Assembly: GCA_963842945.1 (NCBI GenBank)
Contig: CAWJIM010000006.1
Coordinates: 110,716 to 174,715, forward strand
Source of the DNA: an uncultured Gemmatimonadales bacterium
GTDB lineage: Bacteria; Gemmatimonadota; Gemmatimonadetes; Gemmatimonadales; GWC2-71-9
Length of the DNA stretch: 64,000 nucleotides
Direction: 5' to 3'
The notes beneath the pieces were generated by a model. The model was not told where the DNA came from and made no database searches. It saw only the letters and a list, made by a program, of their open reading frames with translations. Made by a program: the position numbers and the translations under genes. Positions 56,622-64,000 of the stretch are shown piece by piece. The first letter of the stretch is position 1; each line of letters begins with the position of its first letter.

Positions 56622-57257
56622 TCAGTGTCCCGTCGCGTCCACCAGCTTCGGCGCCTGCTCGGTGAACGAGTAGCTCCCCTTGGGGCACTTGATCGCCGGG
56701 TTCGTCGGCGAGAACACGCCCGCCGGATTGTCCTTCCAGAGCCAGACGTGCAGGTCGTAGTGGTGGAGACCCTTCGGCTGCAGGGGCACGTGCCCCTCCA
56801 TCGGGCCCTGGAGCTCCTGGCCAAAAATCGCGGGACGAGCCGTGCCGGCTACCTCGGTCGGCACGAACCACTCCGCCGCGGCCAGACGCAGCCGGTCCCC
56901 GACCGGCTCGTAGATCAGCACCTGAGGCTTGGCTGGATCCAGCGTGGGACTGATGACCTGCAGGTTGAGGAAGTGCACGCCCATCCCGCCCGGCGTGTAG
57001 TGAATGCTACCGGCACCGCCCTTCACGTACTCCACGCAGGCGAGAGTCGAGAAGTAGCCGTCACGGATCGCAACTATCGGGTCTTGGTACTTCTCCAGCC
57101 CGGCGCGGGCATGCTGGAGCTCGGGTGACAACTCGGTGGGTCCGGCGGAGTACCCGTCGCTCTGGGCGACAGCCGAACAGGGGTAGCTCAACAGCGCCAC
57201 CAGGCCGAGGACAGGCACGAGAGGGCTGAAGAATCGGCGCTGGGCCGAGGTTCGCAT
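56622..57257 (-). CDS. secreted hypothetical protein with MGVHF / HYDLHVW motifs
   Basis: Signal peptide; GGMGVHFLN, PQVLIYE, HYDLHVWLWKDNPAGVF. Confidence 0.8.
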   Translation of the reverse strand: MRTSAQRRFFSPLVPVLGLVALLSYPCSAVAQSDGYSAGPTELSPELQHARAGLEKYQDPIVAIRDGYFSTLACVEYVKGGAGSIHYTPGGMGVHFLNLQVISPTLDPAKPQVLIYEPVGDRLRLAAAEWFVPTEVAGTARPAIFGQELQGPMEGHVPLQPKGLHHYDLHVWLWKDNPAGVFSPTNPAIKCPKGSYSFTEQAPKLVDATGH

Positions 57258-57281
57258 GGGGCCTCGATGGAAAGTATGCCG

Positions 57282-57306
57282 TACGGTGCGGGCAAATATC
57301 GGTTCC
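57282..57306 (-). promoter_or_regulatory. ECF-type promoter GGAAC-N16-CGTA
   Basis: Canonical ECF box pattern about 25 nt upstream of ATG 57257. Confidence 0.55.
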
Positions 57307-57455
57307 GTCAAGCGACCCGACCTCGCTGGTGCCGCGTACGACCACTGGACGGCAGAGGATCCGCGCCGCAAGTTGACGACTCGCATCAGACCCAGCGCAT
57401 CGAAGTTGTCGCTGGCTATCCCGAACTCCCGATCGCGCTGTGGAGGAGACTAACT

Positions 57456-57983
57456 ATGGACAAGGCCACCCTCGATCAAATGTGGGACCAGTTCCGCCAG
57501 AAATACGGCGTGTATCTCCGCCTGCTCGAGGCGATACCGGCCGAGCGCTACGCCACCCACCCGGTCCCCGGCATGCGCACGCCGCAGGAGCTGGCGGTAC
57601 ACACCTCATCGATCGTGCGCGACATCGCCGAGGGCGTGGCTAAGGGCCGCATCACGGCCGACGAATCATCGGAAGAGAAGTTCGCGGCGGAGCTAGGCAA
57701 TAAGGCCGCGCTTGTGGCCTTTGCCCGGCAGTGCTTCGAGCAGGCGGACGCGGCGGTCAAGCGGATCGGCGACGCGGAACTTGCGGCGATGGTGCCCACA
57801 CCGTGGAACGCGACCTGGCCCGGCTATGTCGCCCTCCACGTTCTGCAGGACGAGTTCCTCCACCACCGCGGCCAGCTCTATGCGTTCGCCCGCTGCTGCG
57901 GCGCAGAGCCGCCGTTCATGTGGGGGTACGCCGACAACGCTCCCGAGTACCAGCCACGCGCGGTCGCTGAGGCTGGGGCTTAG
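57456..57983 (+). CDS. DinB/YfiT-like four-helix-bundle protein
   Basis: GGAGGAG RBS; MRTPQELAVH, EFLHHRGQL. Confidence 0.88.
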   Translation: MDKATLDQMWDQFRQKYGVYLRLLEAIPAERYATHPVPGMRTPQELAVHTSSIVRDIAEGVAKGRITADESSEEKFAAELGNKAALVAFARQCFEQADAAVKRIGDAELAAMVPTPWNATWPGYVALHVLQDEFLHHRGQLYAFARCCGAEPPFMWGYADNAPEYQPRAVAEAGA

Positions 57984-58082
57984 CCGGCTAGCTAGGAAAA
58001 TCGAAGGGACGCCACCGAAGTAGAGTTGGGCCTTTCCAGTTCCACTCGAGGTCCTGAGCCCAAGGACGAGATCCAAATAAAC

Positions 58083-58104
58083 GGCCGGTGCGCTTGCACC
58101 GGCC
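58083..58104 (-). terminator. 9-bp hairpin downstream of tRNA fragment
   Basis: GGCCGGTGC-N4-GCACCGGCC followed by GTTTATTT on the minus strand. Confidence 0.6.
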
Positions 58105-58137
58105 TATTGCCCTCCCCTCGCTTGCTCGGGGCAGGCT

Positions 58138-58170
58138 CTGGGCTCGAACCAGGACTCTCCTGATCCAGAG
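58138..58170 (-). mobile_element. att-like tRNA-Gln fragment (anticodon loop to T arm)
   Basis: 33/33 identical to 60902-60934. Confidence 0.85.
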
Positions 58171-58189
58171 GGGCCGCAGTAACCAGCCG

Positions 58190-58301
58190 AAACTCCAGCA
58201 ACTTGCCACAATTTACGCGAGTTCGTGTCACCCGATGCTGGAGTTTGTTGGGTTTCATGCTGGACTTTGCTCGTACTTTACTCACTCAAATGTTAGAGTT
58301 T
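58190..58301. repeat. arm-type repeat array (TGCTGGAGTTT family)
   Basis: Inverted copy 58190-58200; direct copies at 58236 (exact), 58258 (1 mismatch), 58291 (2 mismatches). Confidence 0.7.
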
Positions 58302-58344
58302 GTCACACTCTCAACCGAGAGGCTTTGCGCTGATCTCATGTCAG

Positions 58345-58565
58345 AGGTCTTCTACGCGGGCGACGACGCCGGCGCCAAGGATACGGTGCGCCGGCTGGCC
58401 GGGAGCATCGGGTTCGAGCCGGTGGATGGCGGCCCGCTAGCCAACGCTCGCTACCTGGAGCCGCTCGGCATGCTCAACATCTGGTTCGGCTACGTGGGCG
58501 GCCGGGGCACGAACATCGCGCCGCGGTGGGACACCGCCGCGTCAGTTGTCCCTGTGGCCGTCTGA
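58345..58565 (+). pseudogene. C-terminal remnant of NADPH-dependent F420 reductase-like oxidoreductase
   Basis: VFYAGDDAGAKDTVRRLAGSIGFEPVDGGPLANARYLEP; no N-terminal Rossmann GxGxxG. Confidence 0.75.
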
Positions 58566-58595
58566 GGCAACGTCCTCGCGCGGTCGTCTTCCCCC

Positions 58596-59090
58596 TTACT
58601 TCCCGTCAATAGTCATGTTGCCGTCGATGTCACTGAGCGAGCCGTAGGGTCCGAAGTCGAGCACCCGGCTGGTGGTCTCGACCCGACGCCCCTTGTTGGC
58701 GCCTTCGGTGATCTTGCCGACCAGGTGGGTTTGACCCGAGACCACCTCGACGGTTCCACTCAACTTTGCTTTGAACGATTCTGAAGCCGGCACCGCGGTG
58801 ACGACCCAGGATGAATGAATCAGTGCCTTGCCGGCTTCCCCCGACGACCCCTCGTCGAAGCCGAACACGAGGGTTGCCTTCCCCTGCCGCTCGCCAGTCA
58901 CAGTACCCGTCATCGTGTACTGTCCCGAGCTGTCCCGCTTGATCGCTTTCACGTGATAGGACAACTCGATCTTATTATCCTGACTTGCCGTATCGGCCGG
59001 AGTCACACTCTGACCGTGCAGCGAGTTTCCGATGGGTACGAGCCCCAGGCTCAGCACCACAAATGCACGACTCTGGATTCTGGTGAACAT
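58596..59090 (-). CDS. secreted beta-rich hypothetical protein
   Basis: AGGAGG RBS, signal peptide, beta-strand-like composition. Confidence 0.7.
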   Translation of the reverse strand: MFTRIQSRAFVVLSLGLVPIGNSLHGQSVTPADTASQDNKIELSYHVKAIKRDSSGQYTMTGTVTGERQGKATLVFGFDEGSSGEAGKALIHSSWVVTAVPASESFKAKLSGTVEVVSGQTHLVGKITEGANKGRRVETTSRVLDFGPYGSLSDIDGNMTIDGK

Positions 59091-59234
59091 TGGTGGCCTC
59101 CTTAGGAGTATCGTCAATAGCTTCGGCTCAGCCGAACCTCCTCGGTTAAGCCGGGGCCCCCACTCGCCAACGTACGGTGCGGGACGCCCATTCTCAATGT
59201 TCGCTCAAGCTGACCCTTCTCTCCGTCACTCGAG

Positions 59235-60101
59235 CTATGCGGGCAGGCGCATCTGTTTCCGCAGACTCTTGTCGAACGCCGCGGTGGGAACAAAGCGCCG
59301 GAGCAGACTGATCTGGCGCGCGGCCCGTCCTGCGGTGTAGCGGCGGCGCGGATTGAGCTCGGTGGAGGCCTTCACCACAGCGCTCGCGACCAGCTCCGGC
59401 GTGTCGGCGGTCTTCATCCCATCCCGCAGGACTCCCTCCGCGTTGGTGCGTGCCGATCGATACACGTCGAGCTGCTGGTCTGCCTGGTAGACATTGCCCT
59501 CGAAAGACGTCCGGGTGTAGGCGGGCTCGACCAGCACAACTCGGACACCCGAACCCCTGATCTCATGATCCAGCGACTCGGAATAGCCTTCCACCGCGTG
59601 CTTGCTGGCTGCGTACAGCGCCATGAACGGCGCCGGGATCAGGCCCATGACCGAGCTGAGGTTGACGATCCGTCCCGCCCGCTGCTTCCGCATGGTGGGA
59701 AGGACGGCCTTGGTCATGCGAATCAGGCCGAACAGGTTGACGTCGAAGAGGGACTTCGCCTGTTCTAGCGACGACTCCTCCGCGCCGGCGACCAATCCCA
59801 CCCCGGCGTTGTTGACCAGGAGATCGACCCGGCCGGCCTTGGACAGCACTTCACCGACCGCGGCCTTCACCGACTCGTCGCTGGTCACATCGCACACCAG
59901 GTATTCGATACCCGGCGATTTCGTCGCCGGCGCCCGGCGTGAGGTGCCGAACACCCGATAGCCGGCCGCGTGAAGCGCCCGCGCGGTGGCCTCGCCGATC
60001 CCTCCCGATGCGCCCGTCACGATCGCCACGGGCCGAGTCTGCTGCTCTGATTGTTTGACATACCGTGCTCGCTTTCCGTTGAGGTCTACTTTCCATTGCA
60101 T
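59235..60101 (-). CDS. SDR-family oxidoreductase (start uncertain)
   Basis: VTGASGGIG, LVNNAG, YAASK. Confidence 0.92.
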   Translation of the reverse strand: MQWKVDLNGKRARYVKQSEQQTRPVAIVTGASGGIGEATARALHAAGYRVFGTSRRAPATKSPGIEYLVCDVTSDESVKAAVGEVLSKAGRVDLLVNNAGVGLVAGAEESSLEQAKSLFDVNLFGLIRMTKAVLPTMRKQRAGRIVNLSSVMGLIPAPFMALYAASKHAVEGYSESLDHEIRGSGVRVVLVEPAYTRTSFEGNVYQADQQLDVYRSARTNAEGVLRDGMKTADTPELVASAVVKASTELNPRRRYTAGRAARQISLLRRFVPTAAFDKSLRKQMRLPA

Positions 60102-60119
60102 ATATGACGATCATCATAT
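60102..60119. promoter_or_regulatory. TetR operator ATATGA-CGATCA-TCATAT
   Basis: 17-bp identity with 60752-60768. Confidence 0.8.
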
Positions 60120-60158
60120 TTCTAGGCAAACGCGAACCCGGCACGGTTGCATAGGGTA

Positions 60159-60753
60159 TCAGCCTGTTGGGGTGAGGTGGTTCAGCGCGGCCTCGCGCAC
60201 CGCATCGGAGAGCTTGGGGTCGTCCACGGCGCGGGCCAGGACCAGCGCGCCGAGCGCGGTGGCTACGGTAACGAGTGCGCGCTCGTGCGCCCCAGGCTGC
60301 CCCCAGTCAGGCGACTGGCGAGCGACCAGATCGATCATCTCCTTGATCCGGCGGGTGGCGGCCCGGCGCACCTTGGCCGACTGGCGTGGCATCTCCGAGC
60401 CGAGCGCGGCGACAGCGCACCCAGTCTCCAGCGCTTGCCACGTGCTCCTTTGAGAGATAGGTGCGGAGCATGGCCTCGAGCGCCTTCTTGGGCGTTGCCT
60501 CGGCGGCGACCCGCGTCAGGGAGGCCACTGTATCGGCGCCGGCCCGGTCGGCGGCCTCGGCCAGCATCCCCTCGCGCGAGTCGAAGTGAGCGTAGAAGCC
60601 ACCATGGGTGAGGCCGGCCTCGTTCATGATGTCGGCCACGCCCGTGCCGCCGTAGCCGCTGCGCCGAATGGCGCGGGCGGCGGTCTCCACGATGCGCTCG
60701 TGGGTGGCTTCCTTGCGGCTGGGGGCGGGTCGTCTCGAGGTGGCTGCGCTCAT
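60159..60753 (-). CDS. TetR-family regulator, frameshift near 60430
   Basis: GTGVADIMNEAGLTHGGFYAHF; C-term GALVLARAVDDPKLSD. Confidence 0.88.
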
Positions 60754-60768
60754 ATGACGATCATCATA
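60752..60768. promoter_or_regulatory. TetR autoregulatory operator overlapping the start codon
   Basis: ATATGACGATCATCATA. Confidence 0.8.
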
Positions 60769-60848
60769 CAACTGTGACGACTTAAGCGCAAGGGATAGGA
60801 ATTAACGTAACGGTGTACTGCTAGCAGAAATGGTAGCAGTGGGTATAG

Positions 60849-60889
60849 AAACGAAAAGGCCCGACCCACCGAAGTAGTATCGGACCTTC
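60849..60889 (-). terminator. intrinsic terminator after tRNA fragment
   Basis: GAAGGTCCGATACTAC-TTCG-GTGGGTCGGGCC-TTTTCGTTT on the minus strand; degenerate copy near 57997-58041. Confidence 0.7.
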
Positions 60890-60892
60890 AAG

Positions 60893-60936
60893 TTGCCCCT
60901 CCTGGGCTCGAACCAGGACTCTCCTGATCCAGAGTC
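60893..60936 (-). mobile_element. att-like 3' half of tRNA-Gln(CTG)
   Basis: GA-CTCTGGA-TCAGG-AGAGT-CCTGG-TTCGAGC-CCAGG-AGGGGCA-A: anticodon loop, T arm, acceptor 3' strand; 5' half absent. Confidence 0.88.
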
Positions 60937-61010
60937 CTCCGGCCGGGGCAACCTTTCCGGACAACTGGTTGGGAATCGGCCATTTCCCGAGCATCGGTGC
61001 CCGCTTCCCT

Positions 61011-61059
61011 GCCGTAGTTTGCCCGCTCATGCCCGGAGAAACTACGGCAAAACTACGGC
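61011..61059. repeat. arm-type repeat array (AAACTACGGC x3)
   Basis: Inverted copy 61011-61020; direct copies 61039-61048 and 61050-61059, all exact. Confidence 0.8.
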
Positions 61060-61082
61060 GGATCTCCTATAGTTTCCGCCCT

Positions 61083-61718
61083 ATGCGGGCATGGCGACTG
61101 CTCCCTTGGCTGGTCACTTACGCGGTAGCGATGGCCTACGTCGAGTCGGCAGTCGTGGTGTACCTGCGAGCCATCTATTACCCGCGCGGCTTTTCCTTTC
61201 CGCTGGCCCCCATGCCCCCGGACATGGTCGCGGTCGAGATAGGTCGGGAGGTCGCTACACTAGTAATGTTGCTCGGCGTGGCCATGCTGGCCGGAACGGA
61301 GCGGTGGGATCGCTTCCTCGCGTTTTGCGTGAGCTTCGGCGTCTGGGATCTCTTCTATTACGTCTGGCTGTGGCTTCTACTTGGGTGGCCGCCGTCCCTG
61401 CTTACCTGGGATGTGCTCTTTCTGATTCCGGTGCCGTGGATCGGGCCGGTGCTCGCCCCGGCGGTCGTGAGTAGCGCGCTGGTGATCGGGGGACTGCTCC
61501 TGTTGCGCGAGGGGGCGCGGGGTGATCCCGTCAACCTTTCGGTCCCGCTGTGGATTCTGCTAGTCACCGGGGGGCTGCTGGTGCTCAGTTCCTTTGTGCT
61601 CGACTTCGGCGTTGCCCTGCTCCAACTGGAGCCGCCACCCTTTCGGTGGGGATTGTTCGGCACCGGCGTGGCCCTCGGCGTGGTCGCCTTGGTCCTGGCG
61701 CTTCAGAGGAGGTCGTGA
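61083..61718 (+). CDS. conserved hypothetical membrane protein
   Basis: AMAYVESAVVVYLR, EIGREVATLVML, FGVWDLFYY, WDVLFLIPVPW. Confidence 0.85.
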   Translation: MRAWRLLPWLVTYAVAMAYVESAVVVYLRAIYYPRGFSFPLAPMPPDMVAVEIGREVATLVMLLGVAMLAGTERWDRFLAFCVSFGVWDLFYYVWLWLLLGWPPSLLTWDVLFLIPVPWIGPVLAPAVVSSALVIGGLLLLREGARGDPVNLSVPLWILLVTGGLLVLSSFVLDFGVALLQLEPPPFRWGLFGTGVALGVVALVLALQRRS

Positions 61719-61977
61719 CGCGAAGGCTTCGCTCCCTCCAAGGGAGCTGTCCGACGTGCCCGCTGCGACGCCAAAGAGACCGAACTCCGAAGGCGCCTCC
61801 AGCAACTGGTGCCCGGATTCGCTCCGCTCTCCGGAAAACGGCACTCCCCACCGGAGGCCCTAATGACCTGGCACCTTAGGGGAAGATAGAGCTTCAGCCT
61901 GCGACACGCCCCGGCCGCTCTCTTCGATCGACTGAGCAAGTCATTCGGGCGTTGCCCGAGAGTACCGAGAGTGTGCG

Positions 61978-62070
61978 TACCAGAGCCACGACTTCGGCAA
62001 CTACTTCCAGCTGATGAAGATCGACGGGCGCTGGCGGATCATGAGCAAGCTGTTCCACGATATGGTTAGG
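61978..62070 (+). pseudogene. C-terminal remnant of NTF2-like (lumazine-binding 2) protein
   Basis: Manual reading DFGNYFQLMKIDGRWRIMSKLFH with no upstream ORF. Confidence 0.5.
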
Positions 62071-62194
62071 TCGACGTCGGCGCTCGCCGGCGTTGGCGAA
62101 CCCGCGGCGGTTGTCGGCGTAGAGCATCCGTTTGTCGGTTGCGTCTGTTCCCGCACCACGACTACCCTCCATCGTTACTAATTCGGAGATGCAT

Positions 62195-63642
62195 ATGACC
62201 ACCTCAGCGCTGACTGACCTCCAACAAGATTTCCGAGGAACGCTGATTCTACCGGCGGATGCGCACTACGAAGTCGCCCGCAAGGTTTTCAACGGCATGA
62301 TCGATCGGCGGCCTGCGATCATCGTTCAGTGTGAGGGCGTGGACGACGTGAAGCGCGCCATCCGGTTCGGTCAAGAGGCCGGCCTCCTTGTCGCTGTTCG
62401 CGGTGGAGGTCACGGGGTGGCAGGTCATGGCACGTGCGATGGCGGGCTTGTCATCGACCTCTCGAGCATGAAAGGCATCCGCGTCGACCCAGCCGGAAGA
62501 AAGTTCGCACCGACCCTGGTCTCACTTGGGGTGAGTTCGACGAGGCAACGCAGGCGCACGGCCTGGCAACCACGGGCGGCGAAATTTCCTCGACAGGCAT
62601 TGCCGGTCTCACACTTGGCGGTGGCTTCGGCTGGCTGATGCGCAAGTATGGGCTGGTCTGCGACAATCTGATCTCGGTTGACTTAGTTACTGCTGACGGA
62701 GAGTCGGTCCGCGCGACCGCGTCCGAGAATGCAGACCTCTTCTGGGGGGTTCGCGGCGGAGGTGGCAACTTCGGCATCGTCACATCGTTTGAGTACCGAC
62801 TTCACCCGGTCGGCCCCGTGCTCGCCGGAATGATTCTTCATCCACTGGCGCGGGCGCCGGAAGTAGTGCGCTTTTGGCGTGACTATGCGCGGGAGGCGCC
62901 TGACGAGCTGACCTCCACCGCGGCGTTTGTCAGCTCGCCCGATGGCTCGCCGGTGCTGGCGATCGCCCTCTGCTGCGTGGGATCAATCGAAGCGGCGGAA
63001 CGAACGGTCCGGCCACTCCGCGCCTTCGGCTCGCCGCTCGCAGACATGGTCCGCCCGATGAGCTACAATCGCGAGCTGCAAACCATGCTTGACCCTGGAT
63101 TTCCGGCCGGTCGCCATCACTTTTGGAAATCGAGCCTCATGGGCGAGCTCTCGGATCCGGCAATCGAGATGGTCGTGGACCAGTTCTCTCGAGTGACGTC
63201 GCCTCAGACGGCGATCCTCATCGAACACCTCGAGGGAGCTGTTGGCCGCGTTGGGCCGGAAGAGACTGCGTTTGACGGACGCGCGGCACAGTTCAGCCTG
63301 GGCATCTTTTCGTCATGGCCGCACGGCGAAGAGTCAGAGCGACATATCCGCTGGACGCGCGAATTCTTCGCCGCGATGCGGCCGTTCGTGGCCGAAGGCG
63401 TGTACGTGAACTACGTAGGCGGCGATGAAGGTGACGAGCGTGTGAGGGCCGCGTACGGTCGTATCAAGTATGATCGACTTGTCGCACTGAAGACGAAATA
63501 CGATCCGACAAACTTCTTCCGGCTCAACCAGAACATTGCGCCTGGGCCAACGGTGAGGCCCTCCCTTACTGGAACGGGGGAGACGAAGCGAACGGGGGTG
63601 ACCCGGCCAGCGGGACTGCAATGGGCGCTCGGTTGTAATTAA
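62195..63642 (+). CDS. FAD-binding oxidoreductase, BBE/PCMH type, frameshift near 62500
   Basis: FNGMIDRRPA, VRGGGH, GLTLGGGFGWL, LFWGVRGGGGNFGIV, YVNY, KYDPTNFF. Confidence 0.9.
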
Positions 63643-63651
63643 ATTTTAGGT

Positions 63652-63924
63652 ATGAACAAAACGCTTTCGATGGCAATCGCCGTTGTGGCGGCTCAATTGG
63701 CCGCATATCACCTCGGTCAGCCCGATGACTGCAAGTGTGCACAGCAGCACGTTGGGCCGGTACCTGCCGATCCAGCACAGCAGCCAGAGAATTGGCCGGA
63801 GTCTCCCCGGCTCTCCCTTGAAAGACCCAGTGCTGGCAGCAGCAGCACGGTAATCTCTGCCATCGGTAGCGATGGGATTAAGGGCTCGGATTTCAGCTCA
63901 TTGGATACTTTCTCGGTGAGCTGA
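63652..63924 (+). CDS. hypothetical small protein
   Basis: Signal-like N-terminus only; a competing minus-strand frame is also open. Confidence 0.25.
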   Translation: MNKTLSMAIAVVAAQLAAYHLGQPDDCKCAQQHVGPVPADPAQQPENWPESPRLSLERPSAGSSSTVISAIGSDGIKGSDFSSLDTFSVS

Positions 63925-64000
63925 TCAAGCTGGAGCACAAACTGGAGCACGGCACCAAGAATGAGAGCGCCGCCGCAGCCCAAAGCTGTGACGGCGCTTT

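Noticed and set aside
55309..57983. Functional link between dinB (Pol IV) and the DinB-family protein
   Set aside because: Unrelated families that share a name; separated by an opposite-strand gene
60800..60828. dif/pdif-like site (AATTAACGTAA resembles an XerD arm)
   Set aside because: No XerC-like arm across the 6-bp spacer
60893..60936. Functional tRNA gene
   Set aside because: No D arm or 5' acceptor strand upstream; only the 3' half is present

Overview
High-GC bacterial accessory region with no core housekeeping operons. The kinase, ECF and BTAD gene style suggests Gemmatimonadota, which is an inference. Signalling genes: six Hanks-type Ser/Thr kinases, two kinase-linked ECF sigma factors, two BTAD/SARP-like membrane regulators, PadR and two TetR modules with visible operators. 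Cargo includes duplicated S9 dipeptidyl peptidases, SBP56 with its membrane partner, a di-heme cytochrome c, two MFS transporters, PrpE, DinB/Pol IV and several oxidoreductases. Many genes carry 1-nt frameshifts, most likely long-read errors. The most informative structure is not in the ORF track. (1) Three co-oriented 3' fragments of a tRNA-Gln(CTG) gene at 27240, 58138 and 60893, each followed by a hairpin, two of them flanked by phased 10-11-mer arm-type repeats. This points to stacked integrative islands, including a 2.7-kb islet, with no integrase in the window. (2) Short duplicated gene ends and promoters, plus orphan gene termini, at module junctions. (3) A mix-and-match receptor repertoire in which kinase or BTAD output domains are joined to shared classes of sensor modules.
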